Of a DNA stretch of 64,000 nucleotides, positions 37,144-46,709 are shown piece by piece. The notes beneath the pieces were generated by a model that was given only the letters and a program-made list of their open reading frames with translations, made no database searches and was not told the DNA's origin. Numbering within the stretch: the stretch's first letter is position 1; each line of letters opens with the position of its first letter. The DNA is from Candidatus Eiseniibacteriota bacterium (lineage in GTDB: Bacteria > Eisenbacteria > RBG-16-71-46 > CAIMUX01 > VGJL01): the NCBI GenBank assembly GCA_041946735.1, contig JBHGAY010000005.1, positions 64,001-128,000 of the forward strand, read 5' to 3'. Position numbers and translations under genes: made by a program.

Positions 37144-39560
37144 GCGGCGCGCCGCTCCCGGTCGCCGTCGGGCCGGGGCGATCCCGCGTGCTCCGCCGGC
37201 CGTCCCGAGCCGTTGCCGCCGTTGCCGCCATTGGTCCCGTGGGTCCCGTTGGCGCCATAGGCGCCGCTGGCCCCGCTGCCTGCCGCGCTTCCCCCGGTCG
37301 TCGCCTCGAGCAGGCGCCGTTCGGGACGGTGATAGTAATAGCCGCCGTAGCGCTTGCCGCCGATCGGCGCCGGGTCGGCGTTCCAGACCATCCCGGCGAT
37401 CGTGACGCCGAGCGACCGCAGCACCTGGCCGGCATGGGCGAGCGCCTCGCAGTCGCTATGGCGGGCCCGCACGACGAGGAGCGTCGCGTCCGCGGCCCCG
37501 CTCAGAATGCCGGTATCGGCGACCGGCAGGATCGGTGGCGCGTCGACGATCACATAGTCGTATGCGGCGCGCAGCTCCTCGAAGAGCGGAGCGAGGCGCG
37601 GACTCGTCAGCACGTCGTACGGATTCTCCGCGGGGCCGTCGAGGGCGAGGAGGCTCAGATTGTGCAAGCTGGTGGTTACGATCGCCTCGCCGGGACGGAT
37701 CCGGCCCACGAGCAGATCGACCAGGCCGTAGCGAGGACGCACGCGGAAGCGTCGCGCAACCTGCGGGCGGCGCAGGTCGGCGTCGACCAGGAGCACGCGC
37801 GAGCCGGCGCCGGCGAGGACGAGCGCGAGGTTGCAGGAGACCATCGTCTTGCCGTCGCCCAGCCCCGGGCTCGTGACGACGAGACATTTCGCCTCGGGAC
37901 CGGACTGCCGCACGAGCGCGAGCCGCAGCGAGCGGAAGGCCTCGACCGTCCGTGACCAGGGATTCATCGCGAGGATGAGCGAGCCGGAGGCGACGAGAAG
38001 CTTGCGCTTGCGGCGGAGCCGCGCGCGCCGGATCGGTCCCGCCTTGAGCTGGACCGCCCATTCCTTCAGATCGGTTGTGGCGATCGCGGGGATCCGGCCG
38101 GTCGCGGCGAGCCCCGAGAGGCGCGACGCCTCGTGCACCGACTGGACGCGGTGGTGCAGGCGATCGGCGAGCAGGCAGGCGAAGGTGGCGACGATCCCGC
38201 CGAGCAGAACCCCGAAGAACAGGTTGAGCCGCCAATCGGGCCGCACGGGGAATCTCGGGACCGAGGCCCGGTCGATGATCCGCGCCGTTCCGACCATCCC
38301 CGCCTCCTCGATCCGCGCCTCCTCGTAGCGCTGGAGGAGCATCGCGAGGATCTTCTGATCGACCTCCGCGTTGTAGGCGAGTTGCCCCATCCGATACGAC
38401 TTCTCCGGCACGCCGGCGAGGCGGCGCGCGTGCTCGTCCATCGATCCCTTCAGCGCCTCGACGCGTGCCTGCAGCGCGCTCGTCTCCACCTCCTCGACGA
38501 GGATCTGGTCGAGGAGGTCCTCGAACTGCGCGAGCGGATCGAACGGCAGGTCCTTCCCCTTGACGACCTCGCCCACCGTCGCGGCGAGCCGTGCGCGGAT
38601 CTCCCCGATCTCCGCCTCCAGCTCCTGCATTTTCGGATGGTCGGGGTCGTAGCCTTGCGCGAGGAACTTCTCGCGATAGGTCATGCGATCGGCCAGCTCG
38701 GCGCGAAGCTGGTTCACGATCGGCCCGGTCACGACCGGGATCTCGTCGGCGAGGCGGGACTGCGCGGCGTCGAGCCGGCCCTGCAGCAGGCGCAGCCGCT
38801 CCTGATGGGCGAGCAGGTCGGCGCGCGCCTGGTTGTAGGAGACCTCGAACGTCGAAACCTGCTCGACGAGCGCGCGCGTCTCGTCCTCGAGGCTCGCGAC
38901 GTTCGACTGCCGCCGCACGTCGCGCAGGCTCGTCTCGCTCCCCTGCAGGCGGTCGCGGACGAGCGCGACCTGCTCGGCGAGGAACTCGCGGACGCGCCGC
39001 ACCTCGGAGCGGGCGCGGTCGCCGGAGATCTCGATGTAGACGTCGGCGCAGGCGTTGGCGATCCCCGCCGCCTCGCGCGGCGTGGATGCCTGCGCGCGGA
39101 TCTCGACGACGTCGGAGCCTTGGAGGGGCCGGATCGTCGTGTGATCGAGGATCCAGGCGGCGCGCAGGAGCGAATCGGCCGGAAGGCCCGGAAGGCCCGG
39201 AAGGCCTCGAAGGCTCGGAAGTTTCCGATGGCTCCGACCAGCCCCAAGGCTCGCGTCGTTGCCGGGATCGTCCGAGGCGAGGCGGCGCGCGACCGCGGCG
39301 GCGAGCGCGCGGCTGCGAAGCGTCTGGATCTCGTTGTTCGTGTCGGAGCGCGGCTGGAACGGGTTCTGCCCCGTGACGAGACTGATCTGATCCTGCGCCT
39401 GGTTCGTGTCGAGCAGGACGGCCGTCTTCGCCTCGAAGACCGGCGGCATCCGCCAGGTCACGAGCACCACGATCGCGAGGAAGGCGAGGAAGACTCCGGC
39501 AAAGAGCGCTTTCCTCTCGACGAGGATCCTTCCGATTCCTGGCGCGGTCTCCTGACTCAT
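37140..39560 (-). CDS. wzc: Polysaccharide co-polymerase / tyrosine autokinase
   Basis: Two TM segments around a coiled coil, EAFRSLR, SPGLGDGKT, VDADLRRP, IVDAPP, C-terminal YGGYYY. Confidence 0.93.
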   Translation of the reverse strand: MSQETAPGIGRILVERKALFAGVFLAFLAIVVLVTWRMPPVFEAKTAVLLDTNQAQDQISLVTGQNPFQPRSDTNNEIQTLRSRALAAAVARRLASDDPGNDASLGAGRSHRKLPSLRGLPGLPGLPADSLLRAAWILDHTTIRPLQGSDVVEIRAQASTPREAAGIANACADVYIEISGDRARSEVRRVREFLAEQVALVRDRLQGSETSLRDVRRQSNVASLEDETRALVEQVSTFEVSYNQARADLLAHQERLRLLQGRLDAAQSRLADEIPVVTGPIVNQLRAELADRMTYREKFLAQGYDPDHPKMQELEAEIGEIRARLAATVGEVVKGKDLPFDPLAQFEDLLDQILVEEVETSALQARVEALKGSMDEHARRLAGVPEKSYRMGQLAYNAEVDQKILAMLLQRYEEARIEEAGMVGTARIIDRASVPRFPVRPDWRLNLFFGVLLGGIVATFACLLADRLHHRVQSVHEASRLSGLAATGRIPAIATTDLKEWAVQLKAGPIRRARLRRKRKLLVASGSLILAMNPWSRTVEAFRSLRLALVRQSGPEAKCLVVTSPGLGDGKTMVSCNLALVLAGAGSRVLLVDADLRRPQVARRFRVRPRYGLVDLLVGRIRPGEAIVTTSLHNLSLLALDGPAENPYDVLTSPRLAPLFEELRAAYDYVIVDAPPILPVADTGILSGAADATLLVVRARHSDCEALAHAGQVLRSLGVTIAGMVWNADPAPIGGKRYGGYYYHRPERRLLEATTGGSAAGSGASGAYGANGTHGTNGGNGGNGSGRPAEHAGSPRPDGDRERRAA

Positions 39561-40846
39561 CGTTCCTCCGATTCCATGGCGGTGGCTGCGAGGGGCTCAC
39601 AAGCGAAACGTGCGGACATCCCCTTGCGTCCTGTGGCGGCGTGCGAGCGGTATCGCTGCCGCGCGAGAAGATTCCGGTAGACGGCGGCGAGGGCCGCCGC
39701 GGACCGGCGGGTCGTGAACTGGGCCTCGAAGCGAGCGCGGCCCGCCTCTCCCATGCGGGCGGCTCGCGTGGGATCGGCGAAGAGCGCGGCGATCGCGCGG
39801 GCGAGGGCTTCCGGGTCGCGAGGGGGGACAAGGATGCCCTCGATCCCATCGCGGATCGCTTCGGGAATCCCGCTGACCGCCGTCGCCACGACCGGCCGGC
39901 GTGCGCGCATCGCCTCGAGGATCGAGATCGGCAGTCCCTCCCAATCCGAGGAGAGGACGAACAGGTCCGAGGCCGCGAGAAGCGCGTCGACGTCCGGACG
40001 CGGGCCGAGGAAGAGGACGGAGCCGGCGAGACCGGCCGCGGCGGCGCGCCGCTGGACCGCGCCGCCCATGCGATCCTCTCCAGCGAGAAGCAGGCGGGCG
40101 CCCGGGTGCTCCTCGCGAACGTGCGTGAACGCGTCGAGAAGCGTGGCGTGCCCCTTCATCGGGCGAAGGTTCGCGACGCAGAGCGCGACCGGATCGTTTG
40201 CGTCGATTCCGAGCGAGCGGCGCACGGCGGCGCGGAGGGGCGCCACGCCAGAGGCGGAGGCGAAGTCATCGTGGACCTCGATCCCGTCGTGGACGACGCA
40301 CACCGAAGCCGGAGCGAGGCGGTCGGACGCGATGCGCGCGCGCGCCACCGCGGCGGCGTTGGCGACGTGAAGGTCGTTGCCGATCCTCGTCACGCGCTCC
40401 GCGATCCACTGGGCGCGTGAACGGTCCGCGTTCGTGCTCAACAGCCCGGTGACGACACGCGGGCGCGGTCCGGAGCCTGCCGCGGCGAGATGGGCCGCGA
40501 TCCGGGAGGCGGCGATGGCGCGGGTCCCGTAGGCGTGCAGGACGTCGAAGCGGCCAGCGCGCACGATCGCCCGCAGCGCCAGGATCTGTTCGATGGGATG
40601 GCGGGCCGCGACGGCGTGGAACGCGAGTCCGCAGCGGCGGGCGAGGGACGCCGCCGGACCGTCCCCCGCAAGCCCCGCCGCCTCGATCTCGATCCCTTCA
40701 CGGAGGAGCGGTTCGCGCAGGCGCGGGAGCATCCGTTCGATCCCCCCGATGGCGGAGGAAGAGACGACCTGGAGAACGCGGACGTTCCGGGCGCCGTCTC
40801 CGGCCCCTACCCAGCCATTCGCGCGCGCGCCGTCCTTTTCGCTCAC
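39557..40846 (-). CDS. GT4 glycosyltransferase
   Basis: VLQVVSS..GGIER, ANLRPMKGH, WEGLPISILEAM; GTGA overlap start. Confidence 0.92.
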   Translation of the reverse strand: MSEKDGARANGWVGAGDGARNVRVLQVVSSSAIGGIERMLPRLREPLLREGIEIEAAGLAGDGPAASLARRCGLAFHAVAARHPIEQILALRAIVRAGRFDVLHAYGTRAIAASRIAAHLAAAGSGPRPRVVTGLLSTNADRSRAQWIAERVTRIGNDLHVANAAAVARARIASDRLAPASVCVVHDGIEVHDDFASASGVAPLRAAVRRSLGIDANDPVALCVANLRPMKGHATLLDAFTHVREEHPGARLLLAGEDRMGGAVQRRAAAAGLAGSVLFLGPRPDVDALLAASDLFVLSSDWEGLPISILEAMRARRPVVATAVSGIPEAIRDGIEGILVPPRDPEALARAIAALFADPTRAARMGEAGRARFEAQFTTRRSAAALAAVYRNLLARQRYRSHAATGRKGMSARFACEPLAATAMESEER

Positions 40847-41928
40847 GCCGCCGTCCTCCGTGCCGGCTCCTTCCGGCCGCCCGCGCGCCCGGCGTCGGCG
40901 CGCCCGGCGTCGGCGAGCCCGGCGTCCTCCAGGACGCGCTTCATGCGGCAGCGGTAGGTATGGTCCTGGTGGGCGCGCTCGCGCCCCCGCGCGCCGATCG
41001 CCTGCGCCTTTTCGGGACGGGCGAGGAGGTGATGGAGCTTGCCGCGCAGCTCGTCGACGCTCCGCCACGAGACGATCTCCTCTCCTTCACGGAAGAGGTT
41101 CGGCAGCTCCTCGGTCCATTCGGTGAGCGTGAGAGCGCCGCAGGCCGGGCCCTCGAACGTCCGCATGTTTTGCGCGAGCTTCGACTGTGGATGCTGGATG
41201 TTCAGCACGGCGCGGTGCCCGCTGTAGATCCGGACCATCTCCCCGCCGCTGGCCCTCCCTCGATAGTGGGGCGCGAGCGGATGCAGGGGCCGGCGGGCGA
41301 GAGCGAGCGGCCAGCCGCCTCCCCAGATGGAGAGCGGAAGGTCGCGGATCTCGCGCAGGAGCCGGTCGCGGTTCGGGTACCAGGTGCCGACGAAGCAGAG
41401 AATCCCTCCCAGCTCGCGGCGCTCCGCCTGGGAGAGCGGGATCGGCCGGTGCACCTTCGGATCGCACGCCATGGGGAGGTACTGCGGGCGGGCGACGCCG
41501 CGCTTGCGCAGCGCCTCTCGATAGTACGGGTCGAAGACGTAGACGAGATCGAACGCGGGGGCCGCTACGATCTCGCGGCCGCGCTGATACGGGTCGTCGG
41601 CGATCCACAGGGCCGTGCGGATCCCGCGGCGCGAGATCCGCTGGATCGTCCGCGCATCGAACACCTCGCCGCCGATCACGAACAGGAGCTGCGGGCGGAA
41701 CTCGTCGACCGCTCGAAGCAGTCCCTGCCGCCGCGGGGGATAGAGGACGTGACCGAGGGGGCGGAACTTGAGGCGCGCCCGATTGCCCAGCTTCCAGACG
41801 GCGTGATCGCGGAAACCGAGGTAGTCGAACAGGCGCACCTCATGGCCGATCTCCTCGAAGGCGCGGACCGTCCCGGTCGCCAAATGTCCGGGAAGGTGGG
41901 GAAAGGTGCCGGCGACGAGGACTCTCAT
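40843..41928 (-). CDS. CgeB-family glycosyltransferase
   Basis: WIADDPY, YLPMACDP, FVGTWYPNR, NMRTFEGPACG; ATGA overlap. Confidence 0.88.
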   Translation of the reverse strand: MRVLVAGTFPHLPGHLATGTVRAFEEIGHEVRLFDYLGFRDHAVWKLGNRARLKFRPLGHVLYPPRRQGLLRAVDEFRPQLLFVIGGEVFDARTIQRISRRGIRTALWIADDPYQRGREIVAAPAFDLVYVFDPYYREALRKRGVARPQYLPMACDPKVHRPIPLSQAERRELGGILCFVGTWYPNRDRLLREIRDLPLSIWGGGWPLALARRPLHPLAPHYRGRASGGEMVRIYSGHRAVLNIQHPQSKLAQNMRTFEGPACGALTLTEWTEELPNLFREGEEIVSWRSVDELRGKLHHLLARPEKAQAIGARGRERAHQDHTYRCRMKRVLEDAGLADAGRADAGRAGGRKEPARRTAA

Positions 41929-43256
41929 GCGACTCGCCTCCTTTCGGACGTCTCGATCGAAGGAACGCGACCGGCGAGGACGCGGGCGAAAGCCGCGGCG
42001 ACGGCCCTGGCGCTCTCTTCCCATTCGAACCGGCCGGCGCGGGCGAGCCCGGCCGCCGTCATCGACCGGCGCAGGCCGGCGTCCCCCGCGATTCTCTCCA
42101 GCGCGGCGGCGATCTCCTCGATCGACGCGGGGTCGAAGCGCAGGAGCGCTTCCCCTCCGACCTCGGGTAGGCTCGACGCGTTCGATCCGAGGACGGGACA
42201 GCCGCACGCCATCGATTCCAGCACGGGGAAGCCGAACCCCTCGTAGAACGACGCGTCGACGCTGGCGAGCGCCCCGCCGTAGAGCAGGCGGATCTGCTCG
42301 CGCGAGAGAAAGCCGGGGAAGCGGACCCGCTCCTCGATCCCATGCATGCGCGAGCGGCGCCGCAGCTCCTCCACGTACTCCCCGTTGCCGCCGGCGCCGA
42401 TCCGCCCGGTCAGCACGAGGCTCGGCGCGGGGGCGCGGCTTCCGGCGCCGAACGCGCGCGCGAAGGCTTCCAAGATCCCGTGCGCGTTCTTGCGGGGCAG
42501 CAGTCCGGCGGTCGAGAGGAAGTACGGGCGCCGGATGCCGAGATCGCGGAGGCAATGCTGGAGCGCCGGCTCCTCGTGCGCGCCGAGCGGGCGGAAGATC
42601 GGCTCGCAGCCGTTCGGGATCGCTTCGATCCTCTCGCGCGGGACTGCGAGACGCGATTCGAGGTCGCGAGCCGACGCTTGCGAGACGGTGAGGACGAGAT
42701 CCGCCCGGCGCGCGCTGACGCGAAGCAGGGTGTGGTAGACGGCGCGCCGGGCGAGAGTCGCTTCGCGGGCGAAGACGAGAGGGATGACGTCGTGCATCGT
42801 GACGACGTGAGGGCGGTCCTTCCAGAGCGGAAGGACGAAGACGGGCGACCAGAGCAGGTCGCAGCCGTCGCGCACGATCGCGCGCGGCAGCAGCACCTGC
42901 TCGAAGAGCAGGTTCCCCGCGCGGCGGCCGACCGGCCGGCCGAGATCGCGCGTGACGACATTCGCTCCGCCCGGCGGAATCGTTCCCGGCTCGCGCTTCG
43001 CCCAATAGAGGTGGAAGGTGGCGGCGGGACAGAGGCGCGAGAGGCGCTCGACCAGCTGCCGCGTGTAGATTCCCGGGCCGGTCTCCACCGTCCCGATCGA
43101 GCGGGCGTCGATCGCGATGCGGCGGCCGGCCAGCTCGCCGGCTCCAGCGGCGACATCGGCCGCGGCGACATCGGCCGCGGCGACCGCGGCGGCAGCGACA
43201 TCGACGGCGGGGGCATCGGCGACGCGGGCGACGTCCTCGGCGTCTCGCGAGGTCAC
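41925..43256 (-). CDS. GT4 glycosyltransferase (mannosyltransferase-like)
   Basis: IAIDAR..GPGIY, VTMHDVIP, PRKN, FYEGFGFPVLESMACG, SSLPEV. Confidence 0.92.
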   Translation of the reverse strand: MTSRDAEDVARVADAPAVDVAAAAVAAADVAAADVAAGAGELAGRRIAIDARSIGTVETGPGIYTRQLVERLSRLCPAATFHLYWAKREPGTIPPGGANVVTRDLGRPVGRRAGNLLFEQVLLPRAIVRDGCDLLWSPVFVLPLWKDRPHVVTMHDVIPLVFAREATLARRAVYHTLLRVSARRADLVLTVSQASARDLESRLAVPRERIEAIPNGCEPIFRPLGAHEEPALQHCLRDLGIRRPYFLSTAGLLPRKNAHGILEAFARAFGAGSRAPAPSLVLTGRIGAGGNGEYVEELRRRSRMHGIEERVRFPGFLSREQIRLLYGGALASVDASFYEGFGFPVLESMACGCPVLGSNASSLPEVGGEALLRFDPASIEEIAAALERIAGDAGLRRSMTAAGLARAGRFEWEESARAVAAAFARVLAGRVPSIETSERRRVA

Positions 43257-44098
43257 GGCAGCCTCCGGAAGACGCCGGTCACGTTCATGAGCCACCACGG
43301 ACCGAAGCGCTCCTCGAGCGCGCGCCAGGGGGCCTCCCAGACCGGCTCGAGGAAGCGGGCGTGCAGGCGGTCGATCGAGCGCAGCGCCGCGCTCCGCTCG
43401 AGCGGGAGCCGCGAGGAGACCTTCCGCCACGGCCAGCGGGCGAGCGCCGAGTAGCGCTCGTACCCCCATCCGGAAAGGCGGAGCAGCTCGAGCGGCAACC
43501 CGAGGACGAGCCGCTCGATCTCGCGCGGCGTGTACTCGCGTTCCCAGCCCCAAGGCCAATCCCCCCGCCGCATCCGGAGCCGTTTGCGCAGCGTGTAGAG
43601 GTTGTACCGTTGCGGGACGTCCACCACCAGGATCCCGCCGGGACGGAGCAGCCGCACGTTCTCGGCGAGCAGCGGCCGTGGGTTTGCGAAATGCTCCAGC
43701 AGTCCCTGATGGAACAGGACGTCGAACGTCCCGCCGGCGAACGGAGCGCGGAAGCCATCCCCGCGATGCAGGTGCACCCGACGGGGAAAAAGCCGCCCGA
43801 CCCGGCGCGCATGCTCGGCGGCCGTCGCGGCGGCGTCGAGCGCGTGGAACTCCGCCTCGCACCGGGCGGCGAGCCAGCAGGAATCGATCGTCGATCCGGC
43901 GCCGACCTCGAGCACGCGGCGGGCCTCCGTCTCGGCGATCGCCTCGAGAAGGACCGCGTAGAGCGGGCGCTTCAGGTGCACCTGGTGCTCGATGTCGCGC
44001 ATCAGGCGCGCGTCGTCGGCCGCAAGCCGCCAGAAGGCGGCGTGGTCGGGGATCCGCTCGTCACCGCCTCGCGGGGCCTCGGCTAGAGCTGCACGCAC
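43253..44098 (-). CDS. Class I SAM-dependent methyltransferase
   Basis: VLEVGAGS, FDVLFHQGLLEHF, RLLRPGG; RBS GGAGGAGG before GTG. Confidence 0.88.
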   Translation of the reverse strand: MRAALAEAPRGGDERIPDHAAFWRLAADDARLMRDIEHQVHLKRPLYAVLLEAIAETEARRVLEVGAGSTIDSCWLAARCEAEFHALDAAATAAEHARRVGRLFPRRVHLHRGDGFRAPFAGGTFDVLFHQGLLEHFANPRPLLAENVRLLRPGGILVVDVPQRYNLYTLRKRLRMRRGDWPWGWEREYTPREIERLVLGLPLELLRLSGWGYERYSALARWPWRKVSSRLPLERSAALRSIDRLHARFLEPVWEAPWRALEERFGPWWLMNVTGVFRRLP

Positions 44099-45090
44099 GA
44101 GTCCTCCTCCTCCTCGGGCCCGCCCGCCTCGGACGCCGGTTGTTCCGGAACGGGACGATCGAGCGCCACGAACGCGCGGCGCATCCAGCGCAGCTTGGCT
44201 GCCGCGGCGGCGTCGCGCAGAAGGCAAGAACGCGCCAAGGCCCTCGCCATGCGCGGAAGGAGCGAAAGGCGCAAGGCGAGGGCCAGCGCGACGGCGAAGG
44301 GGAGCCCGAAGCGCTTGCGCGCGTAGAGAACCTGGCTCCGCATCCCCTCGATCCGGGTCCGCCCTCCGTCCCTCCCGGGATTGCGCCGTGAGGATTGCGC
44401 GACGGAATGCGCGAGCGAGACGCCGCGGTGGCGGGCGATCCGGAATCCGTGGATGCGGAGGCGATGGCAGAGGTCGACGTCTTCCCGATAGAGGAAGAAC
44501 GATTCGTCGAAGGCGCCGGCCCGCTCGAGCGCGTCGCGGCGCAGGAACAGGCACGCTCCGGCGAGCCAGTCGGTCTCGTGCAGCTCCGGGCCGAGGAGGC
44601 GGCCGACGTCGTGGAGCCGTCCCGGGTCGCGCGGAGCGAGCAGGGCGTAGCGCAGCAGTCGTGCGCGCGTCGGGAAGCGGTCGTCGTATTCCCAGATGGA
44701 GCCGTCGCCGCGGAGGAGCAACGGGGCGAGCGCGCCGATGTCGGGGCGGGCCGCGAGGACTCCGGCGCACGCGCGGAGCGCCCGCGGCTCGATCGCGACG
44801 TCCGGATTCAAGATGCAGACGATGGAGGCGCGGGTGGCGGCGATCCCTTGGTTGGCGGCGCGGGCGAAACCCAGGTTCGCGCGGTTGGCGATCCGCACCG
44901 CCCAGGGATGTGCGCGCTCGACCAGGGCGGCGCTGCCGTCGCTCGAGGCGTTGTCGACCACCACCACTTCGGCCTCTCCGCCGATGGCGAGGGGACGGAG
45001 GGCGGAGAGCGCTTCGTCGAGGAGATCCGCGGTGTTCCAGTTCACCAGGACGTAGGCGACTCGCGGAGCGAGGCGGTCGCGGGGCGTCAT
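44083..45090 (-). CDS. GT2 glycosyltransferase (rhamnosyltransferase-like)
   Basis: VNWN, VVDNASSDGS, NLGFARAANQG, LNPD, GACL, FFLYREDVDLC. Confidence 0.93.
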   Translation of the reverse strand: MTPRDRLAPRVAYVLVNWNTADLLDEALSALRPLAIGGEAEVVVVDNASSDGSAALVERAHPWAVRIANRANLGFARAANQGIAATRASIVCILNPDVAIEPRALRACAGVLAARPDIGALAPLLLRGDGSIWEYDDRFPTRARLLRYALLAPRDPGRLHDVGRLLGPELHETDWLAGACLFLRRDALERAGAFDESFFLYREDVDLCHRLRIHGFRIARHRGVSLAHSVAQSSRRNPGRDGGRTRIEGMRSQVLYARKRFGLPFAVALALALRLSLLPRMARALARSCLLRDAAAAAKLRWMRRAFVALDRPVPEQPASEAGGPEEEEDSCVQL

Positions 45091-46709
45091 GGCGTGGGCT
45101 CCGCGAGAAGCGCGCCGGCGGCCCGGGGCGTCGGCTCAGGCGCTTGCGCGCTGCGCGCGACGGGCACGGGCGCGGCAGGCGCGTTGCGAACCACTGGCGC
45201 GGCGAGCGTGACGGCCGTGGCGGTCACGGCCGGCGCCGTCGCGGTCGCGGGCACGGCGGTCCGCGCGGCGCACGCGCAGCGCCTCGCCTCCGCCGTCCCG
45301 AGGACGAGTCCCGTCCAGGCGCAGCCGACATAGTGGGTGAGCCACGGAGCGGTCAGCGAGATCGCGAGGATCGCGACGAAGCCGGAGAGGAGCCCGGCCG
45401 CGAGGGCCTTCTCTTCCTCGTCAGGCGCGGCGCGCAGCCAGCCGGCGAACGCGGCGCTCCCGAGAGCGAGCAGCGCGCCGATCACGAGCGCGCCGGCCAG
45501 CCCGAGCTTCAGGAGGTAATGCGCGTAGCTGTTGTGGATGTACTCCCACTCCCGGAAGCCGTGCGCCTCGGGCGAGTAGAAGACGTAGGTGCCTCCCCAT
45601 CCGGTGCCGAACCACGGGGAACTGCGAAGCGCCTCCTTCACCCCCTCGGTCTCGGCGAGCCGTTCGAGCGCGGAGGTGTCCGGGCGGCCGGCGAGAAGTC
45701 CGCCGAGGCGCCCGCCGATCGGCTCCCAGAGCGCCCGCAGGGAGAAGCCTTCCACCATCCTCTGGACGACAAGAACGACGCAGGCGGCGGCGGTGGCGAA
45801 GCCGCACAGCTCCGCGAGGGCGGCGATTCCTTTGCGCGGCGGCCGGCAGAGGAGGAGCGCGGCGAGGCCGGCGGCGAGGCCGAGCCAGTAGCTCCGGGTC
45901 AGCGAGATCGCGAGGGCGAGGAAGAGCGGGGTGAGCGCGAACCATATCGCCACCCGTGCGCCGGCCCGGCGGATCCGGGGCGCGTTCGCGAGCAGCAGGA
46001 GAATCGCGAGGACGGGGAAGATCTCTCCGCCGTGCGCGATGACCCGCTTCGCGCCGCTGCTGTTCATGACGCGGGTCGCGAGGATCCGCTGCTCCTCTCC
46101 GCCCGGGATGCCGAGCGGAACGGAGGCGTAGACGAACAGGACCTTCACCGCGGTCGCCACGCTGACGGCGATCAGCGCGGCGAAGACGACCCGGTGCGTG
46201 AGACGCCAACCGCGCGCCGAAGCCGCCCCACCGTCCGTTCGAGTCCCCATCGCGCCGCGCGCGAGGGCGTAGGTCACGAGCAGGTAGAGGGGCGGGCGCA
46301 GCTCCGAGCGAAGGAGAGGGAAGTCTGCCCCGCGAGCGATCCCGCGATAGGCGCCGAAGAGGACCAGCGCGGCGAACGCGGCGAACGCGATATCGAGGCG
46401 CGTGGCGCGGAGCGATCCGCCGCCCGCGATCCAGCGCGCGGCCGCGCCGGCGCCCGCCGCGAGAAGGACGAGGTCCGCCTCGACGATCTCGACTCCGAGG
46501 CGCAGCCGCAGGATCGAGTCGGATCCGAGGAGGGCGATCCCGGCGAGGATCGTGACGAGGCCCACCGCCGGACTGCGCATCGACAGCAGGATCAGCGCGG
46601 TCCCGCCTGCCGCTCCGGCCGCGACGAGCGGGCGCCACGCGGCCAGGCCGGCGATCGCGAGCGAGCCGGCCGCGAAGAGGACGCAGGCGAGCGCGCGGCC
46701 GCGGGTCAT
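45087..46709 (-). CDS. O-antigen ligase / Wzy-like polymerase
   Basis: Many TM segments, SLTRSYW, PWFGTGWG, IHNSY..LLKLGL. Confidence 0.85.
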   Translation of the reverse strand: MTRGRALACVLFAAGSLAIAGLAAWRPLVAAGAAGGTALILLSMRSPAVGLVTILAGIALLGSDSILRLRLGVEIVEADLVLLAAGAGAAARWIAGGGSLRATRLDIAFAAFAALVLFGAYRGIARGADFPLLRSELRPPLYLLVTYALARGAMGTRTDGGAASARGWRLTHRVVFAALIAVSVATAVKVLFVYASVPLGIPGGEEQRILATRVMNSSGAKRVIAHGGEIFPVLAILLLLANAPRIRRAGARVAIWFALTPLFLALAISLTRSYWLGLAAGLAALLLCRPPRKGIAALAELCGFATAAACVVLVVQRMVEGFSLRALWEPIGGRLGGLLAGRPDTSALERLAETEGVKEALRSSPWFGTGWGGTYVFYSPEAHGFREWEYIHNSYAHYLLKLGLAGALVIGALLALGSAAFAGWLRAAPDEEEKALAAGLLSGFVAILAISLTAPWLTHYVGCAWTGLVLGTAEARRCACAARTAVPATATAPAVTATAVTLAAPVVRNAPAAPVPVARSAQAPEPTPRAAGALLAEPTP